64,000 nt of DNA, taken from assembly GCA_003222055.1 (NCBI GenBank), contig QHUT01000056.1, positions 114 to 64,113 on the forward strand, in the 5' to 3' direction. The first letter of the stretch is position 1. Each line of letters starts with the position of its first letter. Shown here in pieces: positions 52,911-60,942 of this stretch. The translations under genes and the position numbers were made by a program. The notes beneath the pieces were generated by a model. The model was not told where the DNA came from and made no database searches. It saw only the letters and a list, made by a program, of their open reading frames with translations. The DNA is from Gemmatimonadota bacterium. GTDB lineage: Bacteria; Gemmatimonadota; Gemmatimonadetes; Gemmatimonadales; GWC2-71-9.

Positions 52911-55900
52911 ATGAGCAAGCACGCAGTGTTTGCGGCAGCCGTCGTTGCGCTCAGCCTGACCCCGGTGCCGGCCCGTGCCCAGGGTCGCGACGTCACGGGC
53001 CGCGTGACACGCGCGGTCGGCGGGGTACCGGTGGGCCTGGCGACGATCAGCGAATTCGGCGGCCCAAGCGTCACCCAGTCGGCGGCCGACGGCACGTTCC
53101 GCATCACGGTCGCGGCGGGCGACGTTCGACTCCTGGTCCGCGCGATCGGCTACCAGAAGAAGGAAGTGCTCGTGAAGGCCGGCGAGTCGAACGTTGTGGT
53201 GCCCCTCGCGGAGGATCCTTTCAAGCTCGAGGCGGTCGTGGTGACGGGCCAGGCGACGACGCTCGAGCGCCGTAACGCGACCACGGCGACGGTAAACGTC
53301 TCGAGCGAGGAGGTCAACAGGGCTCCAGCGGCCTCGCTGGAGCAGGCGCTCCAGGGCAAGGTGCCGGGCGCGATGGTCTCGATGAACAGCGGCGCTCCCG
53401 GCGGCGGCGGTCAAATACAGGTCCGCGGGATCACGTCGATTCTCGGAGCCGGCCAACCGCTGTTCGTCGTGGACGGCGTCATCATCTCCAATGATGCCAT
53501 CTCCGATGGCGCCAACTCCATCACCGGGGCCGGCGCTCGGACGACCGCTGCGGGCATTGGCAGCACGCAGGACGCGCTCGTGAACCGGCTTGCCGACCTG
53601 AACATGCAGGAGATCGAGTCGATAGAGGTGCTCAAGTCGGCGGCGGCGACGGCGATGTACGGGTCCCGCGCCACCAACGGCGTCGTCATCATCAAGTCCA
53701 AGCGGGGGGCCGGCGGCGCGCCCCGGTTCAATCTCTCGAGCCGTCTGGGGCGGAGCGTGGCCTACCGGCTGCTCGGTACGAGGCAGTTCCACACGGTCGC
53801 CCAGGTGCGCACGCTCCCCTACGGCAACGGGGCGGGAAAGGCAGACAGTGCGTTGCTGGCGGCGCTCTACCCGAGCGGTCAGATCCCGTTCACTCACGAC
53901 TATGAGAGCGAGTTGTACAACAACGGGGAGCCGAATTACGAGCTCACGGGAAGCTTCAACGGCGGCACGCCGACGACGCAGTACTTCGTGAACCTGACGG
54001 GGCGTAACGAAGCAGGCACCGCGCCGAACACGAATGCACGGCTGTACACGCTCCGGACCAACGTCGATCAGTCGCTTGCTGACGGAAAAGTCAAGGTCAA
54101 CCTCGGTCTCAACATCACGCGCAACAGCGACAACCGCGGCCTCTCGAACAACGACAATACCTGCACGTCGCCGATCTACTGTTTCGCCTACACGCCCGGC
54201 GTGATCAACCTCGACTCGACGGACGCGACGGGGACGTTCGTGCGAAACCCGTTCAATGGCGGCGGGGCGACGGTGTCCAACCCGTTCGAGACCTTCCGGT
54301 TCCTGCGGCTCAATGAGCTGACGTTCCGCCAGATCGGCGACGTCACCGCCACGTGGTCCGCGCTGAATACGGCGCAACACCAGGTGTCGCTGTCGATCCT
54401 CGGCGGCTTCGATCGCGCCCAGGTCTCGGGCGATGTCTTCTCCCCGTCATTCCTCCAGTACGAGAATCCACGGGCATCGGATGGATTCTCGGGTCGAACG
54501 GTGCGCACGGAGGGAAACATCTTCAATTACAACCTGCGCTACTCCGGGACCTGGGCGTACCAGCCATCCAGCGGGATATCGCTAACCACGACGGCCGGTT
54601 TCGACTACGAGACGCAGTATCTCCGTGTCGTGCGCACGCGGGCCCGCGGCTTGTTACCCGGCGTCGAGACCACGAATAGCGGTACCGTGCTCGACGAGGC
54701 GGATCAGGTCCTGGGCGACTTCCGGGACGACGCGCTGTGGGCCAATGAACAGGTGCTGGCCCTCGACGAACGGCTGGCGCTCGTCGCCGGGGTCCGCGCC
54801 GATCGCTCCAGCGCCAACGGCAACCGCACCGTGCGGAATGTCTTCCCCCACGCCTCGGCCTCCTACCGCTTCACCGACCTTGGCGACTTGTTCAACGAGG
54901 TCAAGCTCCGGGGGGGCTGGGGCCGCACCGGGAACCGGCCGCGCTATGCGGATCGGGACGTCGTGTTGAACGCCGGCACCACGATTGGCGGCATCCCGAC
55001 CTTGGTACAAGCCCCGATCGCGGGCAATGCGGACATCAAGCCCGAGACCCTCAACGAGATCGAGGCCGGCGCCGATGTCACGTTCCTCAATCGGCGGCTG
55101 CAGTTCGAAGGGACGGCGTACCGGCGGAAGATCACGGAGCTCCTACTGCAGCCCGCCACGATCCCATCCGGCGGCCTCACGAACCTGATCATCAACGGTG
55201 GAGAGCTCAGGACCCGCGGCATCGAGGCTGCCTTGAGCGCGGCGGTGATGCAGCGGAGCGATATGGATCTGAATTTCCGCGCCACGTTCACGAAGATGAG
55301 ACAGGATATCCAGAATCTCCCGACGACGGTGCCGCGTTTCCCGGCTCCTGGCTCCTTCGGCGCGGCCTTTGGGCGCAACTTCATCAGCCCCGGGGGACAC
55401 ACGACCTGGATCTGGGGCAACGTGCCGTTGGACTCGAGCGGCAAGATTCTCCCCGTCGGCTCGATTGTCACCAATCCCAACGCCGTCGTGGCCATTCGCG
55501 ATACAGTCGCTGGCGACTATAACCCCGATTTCATGATGGCATTTTCGAGCTCGTTCCGGTGGAAGCGGCTCACGCTCTCCATGACCGTGGACTGGCAGCA
55601 GGGCGGCCAGGTGGCGGACATGACCCGCACGCTGTGGGACGAGGGTGGAACCTCGCGGGACTACGATGACCCGATCACCCGGAAGAGCATGGGCAGCGGC
55701 TGGGACTTGAAGAACATTCCCGCTAATTATGTCACCCCGGCCGGGGACACCCTTCCCTACACGACGGGTTCATTCCGCTACAACTCATGGGGCGGCGGTA
55801 CCGACGTTCGCGCCTACGTCGAGAACGCCACGAACGTCACTCTGCGGGACGTCTCGCTGAGCTATCAGGCTCCCGACCGCTGGGTCCAGGCACTGGGAGC

Positions 55901-56072
55901 CCAGTCGCTGCGGCTCAACCTCCAGGCCCGCAACCTCTTGAAGTTCACCGGCTACTGGAGCTTCGATCCGCAGTTCAACAACTTCGGCGCGACGAACCTG
56001 AACCGCTTCATCGATCTGGCGCCGTACCCGTCGAACCGCCAGTTCTACCTGTCCGTGGACGTGGGGTGGTGA
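52911..56072 (+). CDS. SusC/RagA-family TonB-linked outer membrane protein
   Basis: 1053 aa. Signal peptide, CarbopepD_reg-like N-domain, and plug (LQGKVPGAMV, LFVVDGVII, IESIEVLKSAAATAMYGSRATNGVVII). C-terminal YPSNRQFYLSVDVGW. Confidence 0.92.
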   Translation: MSKHAVFAAAVVALSLTPVPARAQGRDVTGRVTRAVGGVPVGLATISEFGGPSVTQSAADGTFRITVAAGDVRLLVRAIGYQKKEVLVKAGESNVVVPLAEDPFKLEAVVVTGQATTLERRNATTATVNVSSEEVNRAPAASLEQALQGKVPGAMVSMNSGAPGGGGQIQVRGITSILGAGQPLFVVDGVIISNDAISDGANSITGAGARTTAAGIGSTQDALVNRLADLNMQEIESIEVLKSAAATAMYGSRATNGVVIIKSKRGAGGAPRFNLSSRLGRSVAYRLLGTRQFHTVAQVRTLPYGNGAGKADSALLAALYPSGQIPFTHDYESELYNNGEPNYELTGSFNGGTPTTQYFVNLTGRNEAGTAPNTNARLYTLRTNVDQSLADGKVKVNLGLNITRNSDNRGLSNNDNTCTSPIYCFAYTPGVINLDSTDATGTFVRNPFNGGGATVSNPFETFRFLRLNELTFRQIGDVTATWSALNTAQHQVSLSILGGFDRAQVSGDVFSPSFLQYENPRASDGFSGRTVRTEGNIFNYNLRYSGTWAYQPSSGISLTTTAGFDYETQYLRVVRTRARGLLPGVETTNSGTVLDEADQVLGDFRDDALWANEQVLALDERLALVAGVRADRSSANGNRTVRNVFPHASASYRFTDLGDLFNEVKLRGGWGRTGNRPRYADRDVVLNAGTTIGGIPTLVQAPIAGNADIKPETLNEIEAGADVTFLNRRLQFEGTAYRRKITELLLQPATIPSGGLTNLIINGGELRTRGIEAALSAAVMQRSDMDLNFRATFTKMRQDIQNLPTTVPRFPAPGSFGAAFGRNFISPGGHTTWIWGNVPLDSSGKILPVGSIVTNPNAVVAIRDTVAGDYNPDFMMAFSSSFRWKRLTLSMTVDWQQGGQVADMTRTLWDEGGTSRDYDDPITRKSMGSGWDLKNIPANYVTPAGDTLPYTTGSFRYNSWGGGTDVRAYVENATNVTLRDVSLSYQAPDRWVQALGAQSLRLNLQARNLLKFTGYWSFDPQFNNFGATNLNRFIDLAPYPSNRQFYLSVDVGW

Positions 56073-56129
56073 CCCATGCGACCCGACACTAAGGGATCTC
56101 AACCCACCGTCCTCGAGAGGATTTCGACC

Positions 56130-57572
56130 ATGAGACGCACTCTCGCGAGCCTCGTGATGGCGGGTGCCGTCACGCTGGTTGGCTGCAATCTTGACCTGAC
56201 GAATCCCAACAACCCCACGCTGGCAGGCTGCCTCACCAATCCTCGGGAATGCACCAGCCGGATGATCGCCGGCGTCATGGCCACCTACCGGTCGAACCGC
56301 ACGGATCAAATCCGAGCCCTCGGCAGCTTCGGTCGTGAAACGTATTACATGTTCATCACGGACGGGCGGTTCATCACTGGCCCGTACCGCGACTGGAAGC
56401 AGAACAACGCGTTCGACGCGGGTACGCAATGGGCGGGGCGTTACGGGAACTATCGCAATGCCTACGCCGCGATGCAGATCATCAACAGCACGACCGCCCT
56501 TACGGACTCCGAAAAGGCCGGAGGGATAGGCGTGCTCAAGACGTTCATCGCGCTGGACCTGCTTCACGTAATCGAGGCGCGCGACTCGATCGGCGGGGTC
56601 GTGGACATGACGAATGACGTGAACGCCGTGCTGCCGATCGTCAGCCGGGATTCCGTCTACGCATGGATCTCGGCCAAGCTCGATGAAGCGAGGCCGGAGA
56701 TCGACTCGGCCGGAGCGGCCTTTTACTTTCCCATCTACACCGGCTTCTCGGTAGGTGTGCCGGCGAACGCCAATACGCCGGCCGGCTTCGCTCAGTTCAA
56801 CCGTGCGATCAAAGCCCGTGTCGAAGCAAAGCGCGGGTCGCTGGGGTGCGGAGCAACCTGTTATAACGCCGCGTTGACGGCGCTCGGCCAAACCTGGGTC
56901 GCCGACCTCACGGCGGCGAATCGCGACAACGGTGTCTACACGGTCTACTCGAGTTCGTCGGGTGACTTCCTCAACAACGCTTCTTTCGCGGGGTCGCTCG
57001 GGAGCGACCTCTACGTGCATCCGGGCATCGATTCGATCGCGAGCGTCGCCCTGGACGATCGCTATCGCCGCAAGATATCATTGTGCCCGGCTAACAGCCC
57101 GCGTTCGGAGGCCGGTGTCACCGCGTCGCATCGCCCGTGTACGTACGCGGGTATCAGCACGCCGATCCCGATCATCCGGAACGAGGAGCTGGTGTTGTTG
57201 CGGGCGGAGGCGGAATGGTTTACGGGGGCAACAGCCACCGCGACTACTGACCTGGCCGCCGTACGGGCGAATTCAGGCGGCTCGAACGGCGGCACGTCCG
57301 TTGTCGCGTTCCCCGCACCGGCAAGCGACTCGCAGTTCGTGAGCGAGTTGCTGTTGCAGCGCACGCTGTCGCTGTACCAGGAAGGGCAGCGTTGGGCGGA
57401 CTACCGCCGCCTCAAAAGGCTCGCGGAGCTCGGCAGATTGCCCCAGGACACGTTGGCGCGCTTCACCGTCGCTCCGTTTAGTGTGCTCCCGAACCAGGAA
57501 TGCGATTCCCGGAAACGGGCGGGTAACCCTGGTGGCGTACCGCTGAGCTGTCCAGGCAACCCAGTCCCGTAA
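56130..57572 (+). CDS. SusD/RagB-family lipoprotein
   Basis: Track ORF 56076..57572. ATG 56130 gives MRRTLASLVMAGAVTLVGC (lipobox). It lies immediately downstream of SusC. RNEELVLLRAEAEW and LLLQRTLSLYQEGQRWADYRR. Confidence 0.85.
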   Translation: MRRTLASLVMAGAVTLVGCNLDLTNPNNPTLAGCLTNPRECTSRMIAGVMATYRSNRTDQIRALGSFGRETYYMFITDGRFITGPYRDWKQNNAFDAGTQWAGRYGNYRNAYAAMQIINSTTALTDSEKAGGIGVLKTFIALDLLHVIEARDSIGGVVDMTNDVNAVLPIVSRDSVYAWISAKLDEARPEIDSAGAAFYFPIYTGFSVGVPANANTPAGFAQFNRAIKARVEAKRGSLGCGATCYNAALTALGQTWVADLTAANRDNGVYTVYSSSSGDFLNNASFAGSLGSDLYVHPGIDSIASVALDDRYRRKISLCPANSPRSEAGVTASHRPCTYAGISTPIPIIRNEELVLLRAEAEWFTGATATATTDLAAVRANSGGSNGGTSVVAFPAPASDSQFVSELLLQRTLSLYQEGQRWADYRRLKRLAELGRLPQDTLARFTVAPFSVLPNQECDSRKRAGNPGGVPLSCPGNPVP

Positions 57573-57593
57573 AGATCGCAGTAGCATGAATCA

Positions 57594-58076
57594 CTACGGC
57601 GCCCGGGATCGCTCCCGGGCGCCGTTGCGTTGACGATCCTTCGCCCGCCGCACGAACTTGAGCCCCGACCACACCTCGTCCACCGCCGCCACCTTCACGT
57701 CCACGAGACCATGCGCGAGCCCGATCGCGCGGATCCCGTCCTCGGTGAGATCGGTCGCCACGCCGGACGCCTTCTTGGGCCACGAGATCCACAACATGCC
57801 GGCCGGCGCGAGCGCGCGCTCGAACGCCGGGAATCGGCGCTCGAGTTCCCCCTTCCGATCCGTGAAGAACTGAATGAAATCGAGCGGGCCGACGACAGTC
57901 GGCTGGCGCCTCACCCGCAGCGGCAACTTGCCCAGCACGCGCTCATAGCCGCGGGGCGCATTGAGGATCGCGATGTGCATCTCGGGCTTGATCCCGAGCT
58001 TGGCGAGCAGCGGCCTGCCGGAGTAGCCGGAGGCTACCCGTCCCCCTTCCCTCGTCCCTCCTCCCCGGCGCTTCAC
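57594..58076 (-). CDS. DUF3052-family protein
   Basis: Lower part of track ORF 57594..58598. GTG 58076 overlaps the upstream stop (GTGA). GYSGRPLLAKLGIKPEMHIAILNAP and WISWPKKASGVATDLTED. Confidence 0.75.
   Translation of the reverse strand: MKRRGGGTREGGRVASGYSGRPLLAKLGIKPEMHIAILNAPRGYERVLGKLPLRVRRQPTVVGPLDFIQFFTDRKGELERRFPAFERALAPAGMLWISWPKKASGVATDLTEDGIRAIGLAHGLVDVKVAAVDEVWSGLKFVRRAKDRQRNGARERSRAP
57598..57623. terminator. Perfect 11-bp stem hairpin between convergent genes (overlaps the last codons of DUF3052)
   Basis: GGCGCCCGGGA-tcgc-TCCCGGGCGCC. It lies 26 nt after the SusD stop and covers the 3' end of the minus-strand gene. No clear U-tract is present. Confidence 0.5.
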
Positions 58077-59353
58077 CGCCCTCTGTACATCACCCGCCAG
58101 ATCGTGCCCGCCGCGTCGTCCGTGATATACAGCGACCCGTCCGGCCCCACGGCGACACCCACCGGCCGGTGCTTGGGTCCCGCGGGGTCCTCCTTCCAGA
58201 AACCGTCCGCGAACGTCTCGTAGCCGCCCACGGGCTTGCCGTTCTTGAAGGGCACGAACCCCACGCGGTAGCCCGCCTGGGGGAGCGGTGCGCGGTTCCA
58301 CGACCCGTGGAACGCGATGAACGCGCCGCCCCGATAGCGCTCGGGGAACTGGGTCCCCGCGTAGAACGTCAGGCCGTCGGGCGCCCAGTGGCCCGGGAAC
58401 GCCACCAGGGGCTCCTGCTTGTCCTTGCAGCGTCCCACCTGCTTGCCGTCGCCGCCGTACTCGGGCGCGAGCACCAGGTGGCCCAGCTCGGCGTCGTGGT
58501 AGCAGTACGGCCAGCCGAAATCGGCGCCTTGCGAGAGCTTGAAGAACTCCTCGGACGGCTTCTCGGCGCTCTGCTCGATGGTGAACAGCTTGGACCAATT
58601 CTGCCCCAGCTGATCCCGCCCGTGTTGCGTGGCGTACAGCTCACCCGAGGGCGCGAAGGCGAGCCCGACGGCGTTCCGGATCCCCGTGGCGAACCGCGTC
58701 CCGCTCAGCCGGGTCTGGTCGTGCGTGGTCGCGTCGAACCGCCACACGCCGGCCCGATAGGCGAGCTCGGGGCAGGGGTCCTCGCCGGGCGACTCGTTCG
58801 AGCGGTCTGCGACCTGACAGGAGTTGGTGGCCGAGCCGAAGTTCACGAACAGGGTCCGGCCGTCGGGGGAGAGGGCGAGGTTCTTGGCGCTGTGGCCGCC
58901 CGTGGGCAGGTCCTTCACGATCACGTCCGGGGTGCCCAGCGGCGTGAGGCTTCCGGCACGCATGGCGTAGCGATACACCGTGGACGACGTGCTGGTGTAC
59001 AGCACGCCGTTTCCGAGTGCGATTCCGGTGCCGCCCTCGCCGCCGAACGTCTGCCGCACGTCGGCCTTGCCGTCGCCCGTGGTGTCCCGCAGGGCGAGCA
59101 CGCCCCCCGAGCCGGAGCGCCCGCCGGCGGTCGCGACGAACAGGTCCCCGTTCGGGGCGACGGCGAGGTGCCGGGCAGTCCCCACCTGATCGGCGACCAC
59201 GACGGCGCAGAAGCCTTCGGGGAGCGTGAGGCCTGCGTTCCCGGGATCGCAGGCGGGCAGCCGGACCCTAAGGGACTCCCTGACGGTCGCCGGCGGACGG
59301 GCGGACAGTGACAGCGCGGCAAGGCCGGCTGCGGCGATCGCTTTACGCATCAT
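58073..59353 (-). CDS. PQQ-dependent sugar (sorbosone/glucose) dehydrogenase-like beta-propeller
   Basis: 426 aa. Signal peptide, ADFGWPYCY, PDGSLYITDDAAGTIWRV. Confidence 0.85.
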   Translation of the reverse strand: MMRKAIAAAGLAALSLSARPPATVRESLRVRLPACDPGNAGLTLPEGFCAVVVADQVGTARHLAVAPNGDLFVATAGGRSGSGGVLALRDTTGDGKADVRQTFGGEGGTGIALGNGVLYTSTSSTVYRYAMRAGSLTPLGTPDVIVKDLPTGGHSAKNLALSPDGRTLFVNFGSATNSCQVADRSNESPGEDPCPELAYRAGVWRFDATTHDQTRLSGTRFATGIRNAVGLAFAPSGELYATQHGRDQLGQNWSKLFTIEQSAEKPSEEFFKLSQGADFGWPYCYHDAELGHLVLAPEYGGDGKQVGRCKDKQEPLVAFPGHWAPDGLTFYAGTQFPERYRGGAFIAFHGSWNRAPLPQAGYRVGFVPFKNGKPVGGYETFADGFWKEDPAGPKHRPVGVAVGPDGSLYITDDAAGTIWRVMYRGR

Positions 59354-60359
59354 GCTTTTTTCCCTCCGACGGGCCCGCCAGCATCTCCCGGATGCCGCCG
59401 AGCGACGCCAGCACGCCCGTCGCTTCGTAAGGTAGGTAAATGACCTTGTTGCTCTGGGGACTCGTGACCATCTCCTTGAGCGCTTCGATATAGCGGATGG
59501 CGATCAGGTACCGTGCCGGATCGCCGCCGGTCCCCTTGATGGCGGTCGTGATGCGCTCGATCGCCTGGGCCTCCGCTTCGGCCACCTTGAGGCGGGCGTT
59601 CGCCTCGGCCTCGGCCGCGAGGATCCTGGCCTGCTTCTGGCCCTCGGCCTGATTGATCTCGGATTGCCGGATGCCTTCCGACTGCAGGGTGCGCGATTGC
59701 TTTTCCGCCTCGGCGGTGAGGATCGCGGCGCGCCGGTCGCGCTCGGCGCGCATCTGCTTCTCCATCGCGTCGCGGATGTCGCGCGGCGGGTTGATGTCCT
59801 TGAGCTCGACCCGGCTCACTTTCGCGCCCCACTTGTGCGTCGCCTCGTCCAGGATCTCGCGCAGTTTGGCGTTGATCGTGTCCCGCGACGAGAGCACGTG
59901 GTCCAGCTCCATCTCACCGATCACGTTCCGCAGCGTGGTCTGCGTCAGCTTCTCGATCGCATCGGGAAGGTTGGCGATCTCGTACGTGGCGCGCACAGGA
60001 TCGGTAATCTGAGAATAAATGAGCGCGTCGATCTCGACCACGACGTTGTCTTTCGTGATCACGTTCTGGCGTGGGAACACGTATACCGTCTCGCGCAGGT
60101 CGATCTTGTCGGTGCGGAAATGGCGCGCGAACGAGTCCCCCGCCGGCGTGACGATCACCTGGTGCCAGTCGATCGGTCGCGGCTTATCGAGCAGCGGGTT
60201 GATGAAGTTGAGCCCGGAGTTCAGCGTCCTGTGGTATTTGCCCAGCCGCTCGATGATCATCGTCTGGGCCTGCTGCACGATGCGGATGGCCTTCGACACG
60301 TACACCAGGACCACGACTCCGCCCGCCAGGAAGAGGAGCTGGTAGAGTGAGAAGGGCAT
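59343..60359 (-). CDS. SPFH/band-7 (stomatin-like) protein
   Basis: 338 aa. N-terminal TM helix, IVQQAQTMIIERLGKY, DVLSSRDTIN, and a coiled-coil AE-rich tail. Confidence 0.92.
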   Translation of the reverse strand: MPFSLYQLLFLAGGVVVLVYVSKAIRIVQQAQTMIIERLGKYHRTLNSGLNFINPLLDKPRPIDWHQVIVTPAGDSFARHFRTDKIDLRETVYVFPRQNVITKDNVVVEIDALIYSQITDPVRATYEIANLPDAIEKLTQTTLRNVIGEMELDHVLSSRDTINAKLREILDEATHKWGAKVSRVELKDINPPRDIRDAMEKQMRAERDRRAAILTAEAEKQSRTLQSEGIRQSEINQAEGQKQARILAAEAEANARLKVAEAEAQAIERITTAIKGTGGDPARYLIAIRYIEALKEMVTSPQSNKVIYLPYEATGVLASLGGIREMLAGPSEGKKHDA

Positions 60360-60362
60360 GAC

Positions 60363-60800
60363 TCACGTCTCCTTGTCCACGTACAGGGTTGTCCCTTCCA
60401 CCCGCACGACCATCACCCGCGTCCCGGGCTCGAGGGGCGCATCCATGAGCGACGCCGCGCGCCAGTCTTCCCCCTCGACCAGGACGCGCCCCTTCCCGGT
60501 GGTGGGGTCGATGCGCGCGGACACGATCCCCACCTTCCCCGCGAGCGCGTCCACGTTGGTCCTGATATCCCGGCCGGCGCGATGCAGCACCCGCAGCAGG
60601 AAGGGACGCACGCCCACCAGCGACAGCAGCGTGCCGGCGGCGAAGGCCAGGGCCGGCGCCACCACACCCGGGAGCACGAGCGAGACCAGGCCCGCCGCGA
60701 GCGAGCCCACGGCCACCGAGAGCAGCCAGAATCCCGGCGCGATCATCTCGGCCACGAAGAGCAGCAGGGCGGCGATGAACCACACTTGCCATTCGTGCAT
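60363..60800 (-). CDS. NfeD-family membrane protein
   Basis: Track ORF 60363..60869. ATG 60800 (MHEWQVWFIAALLLFVAEMI). C-terminal OB-like GKGRVLVEGEDWRA...VVRVEGTTLYV. 3-nt gap to the stomatin gene. Confidence 0.88.
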   Translation of the reverse strand: MHEWQVWFIAALLLFVAEMIAPGFWLLSVAVGSLAAGLVSLVLPGVVAPALAFAAGTLLSLVGVRPFLLRVLHRAGRDIRTNVDALAGKVGIVSARIDPTTGKGRVLVEGEDWRAASLMDAPLEPGTRVMVVRVEGTTLYVDKET

Positions 60801-60822
60801 TGCGGAGAAGTTAGCGCACCTT

Positions 60823-60927
60823 GAGCGGCGCGCCGAGGGGCGGTCCCGTCGGCTCGGGACGCCTGACATCCCCTCCCCCCAACCCCTTGCGTCTTCGCCT
60901 ACGGGACCGCCCCTCGGCGCGCCGCTC
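60823..60927. repeat. 27-bp perfect inverted repeat with 51-nt spacer
   Basis: The left arm GAGCGGCGCGCCGAGGGGCGGTCCCGT (60823..60849) is the exact reverse complement of ACGGGACCGCCCCTCGGCGCGCCGCTC (60901..60927). It is intergenic, between the RND stop (60943) and the nfeD start (60800). Confidence 0.9.
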
Positions 60928-60942
60928 CCGTCAGTCCTCCCG

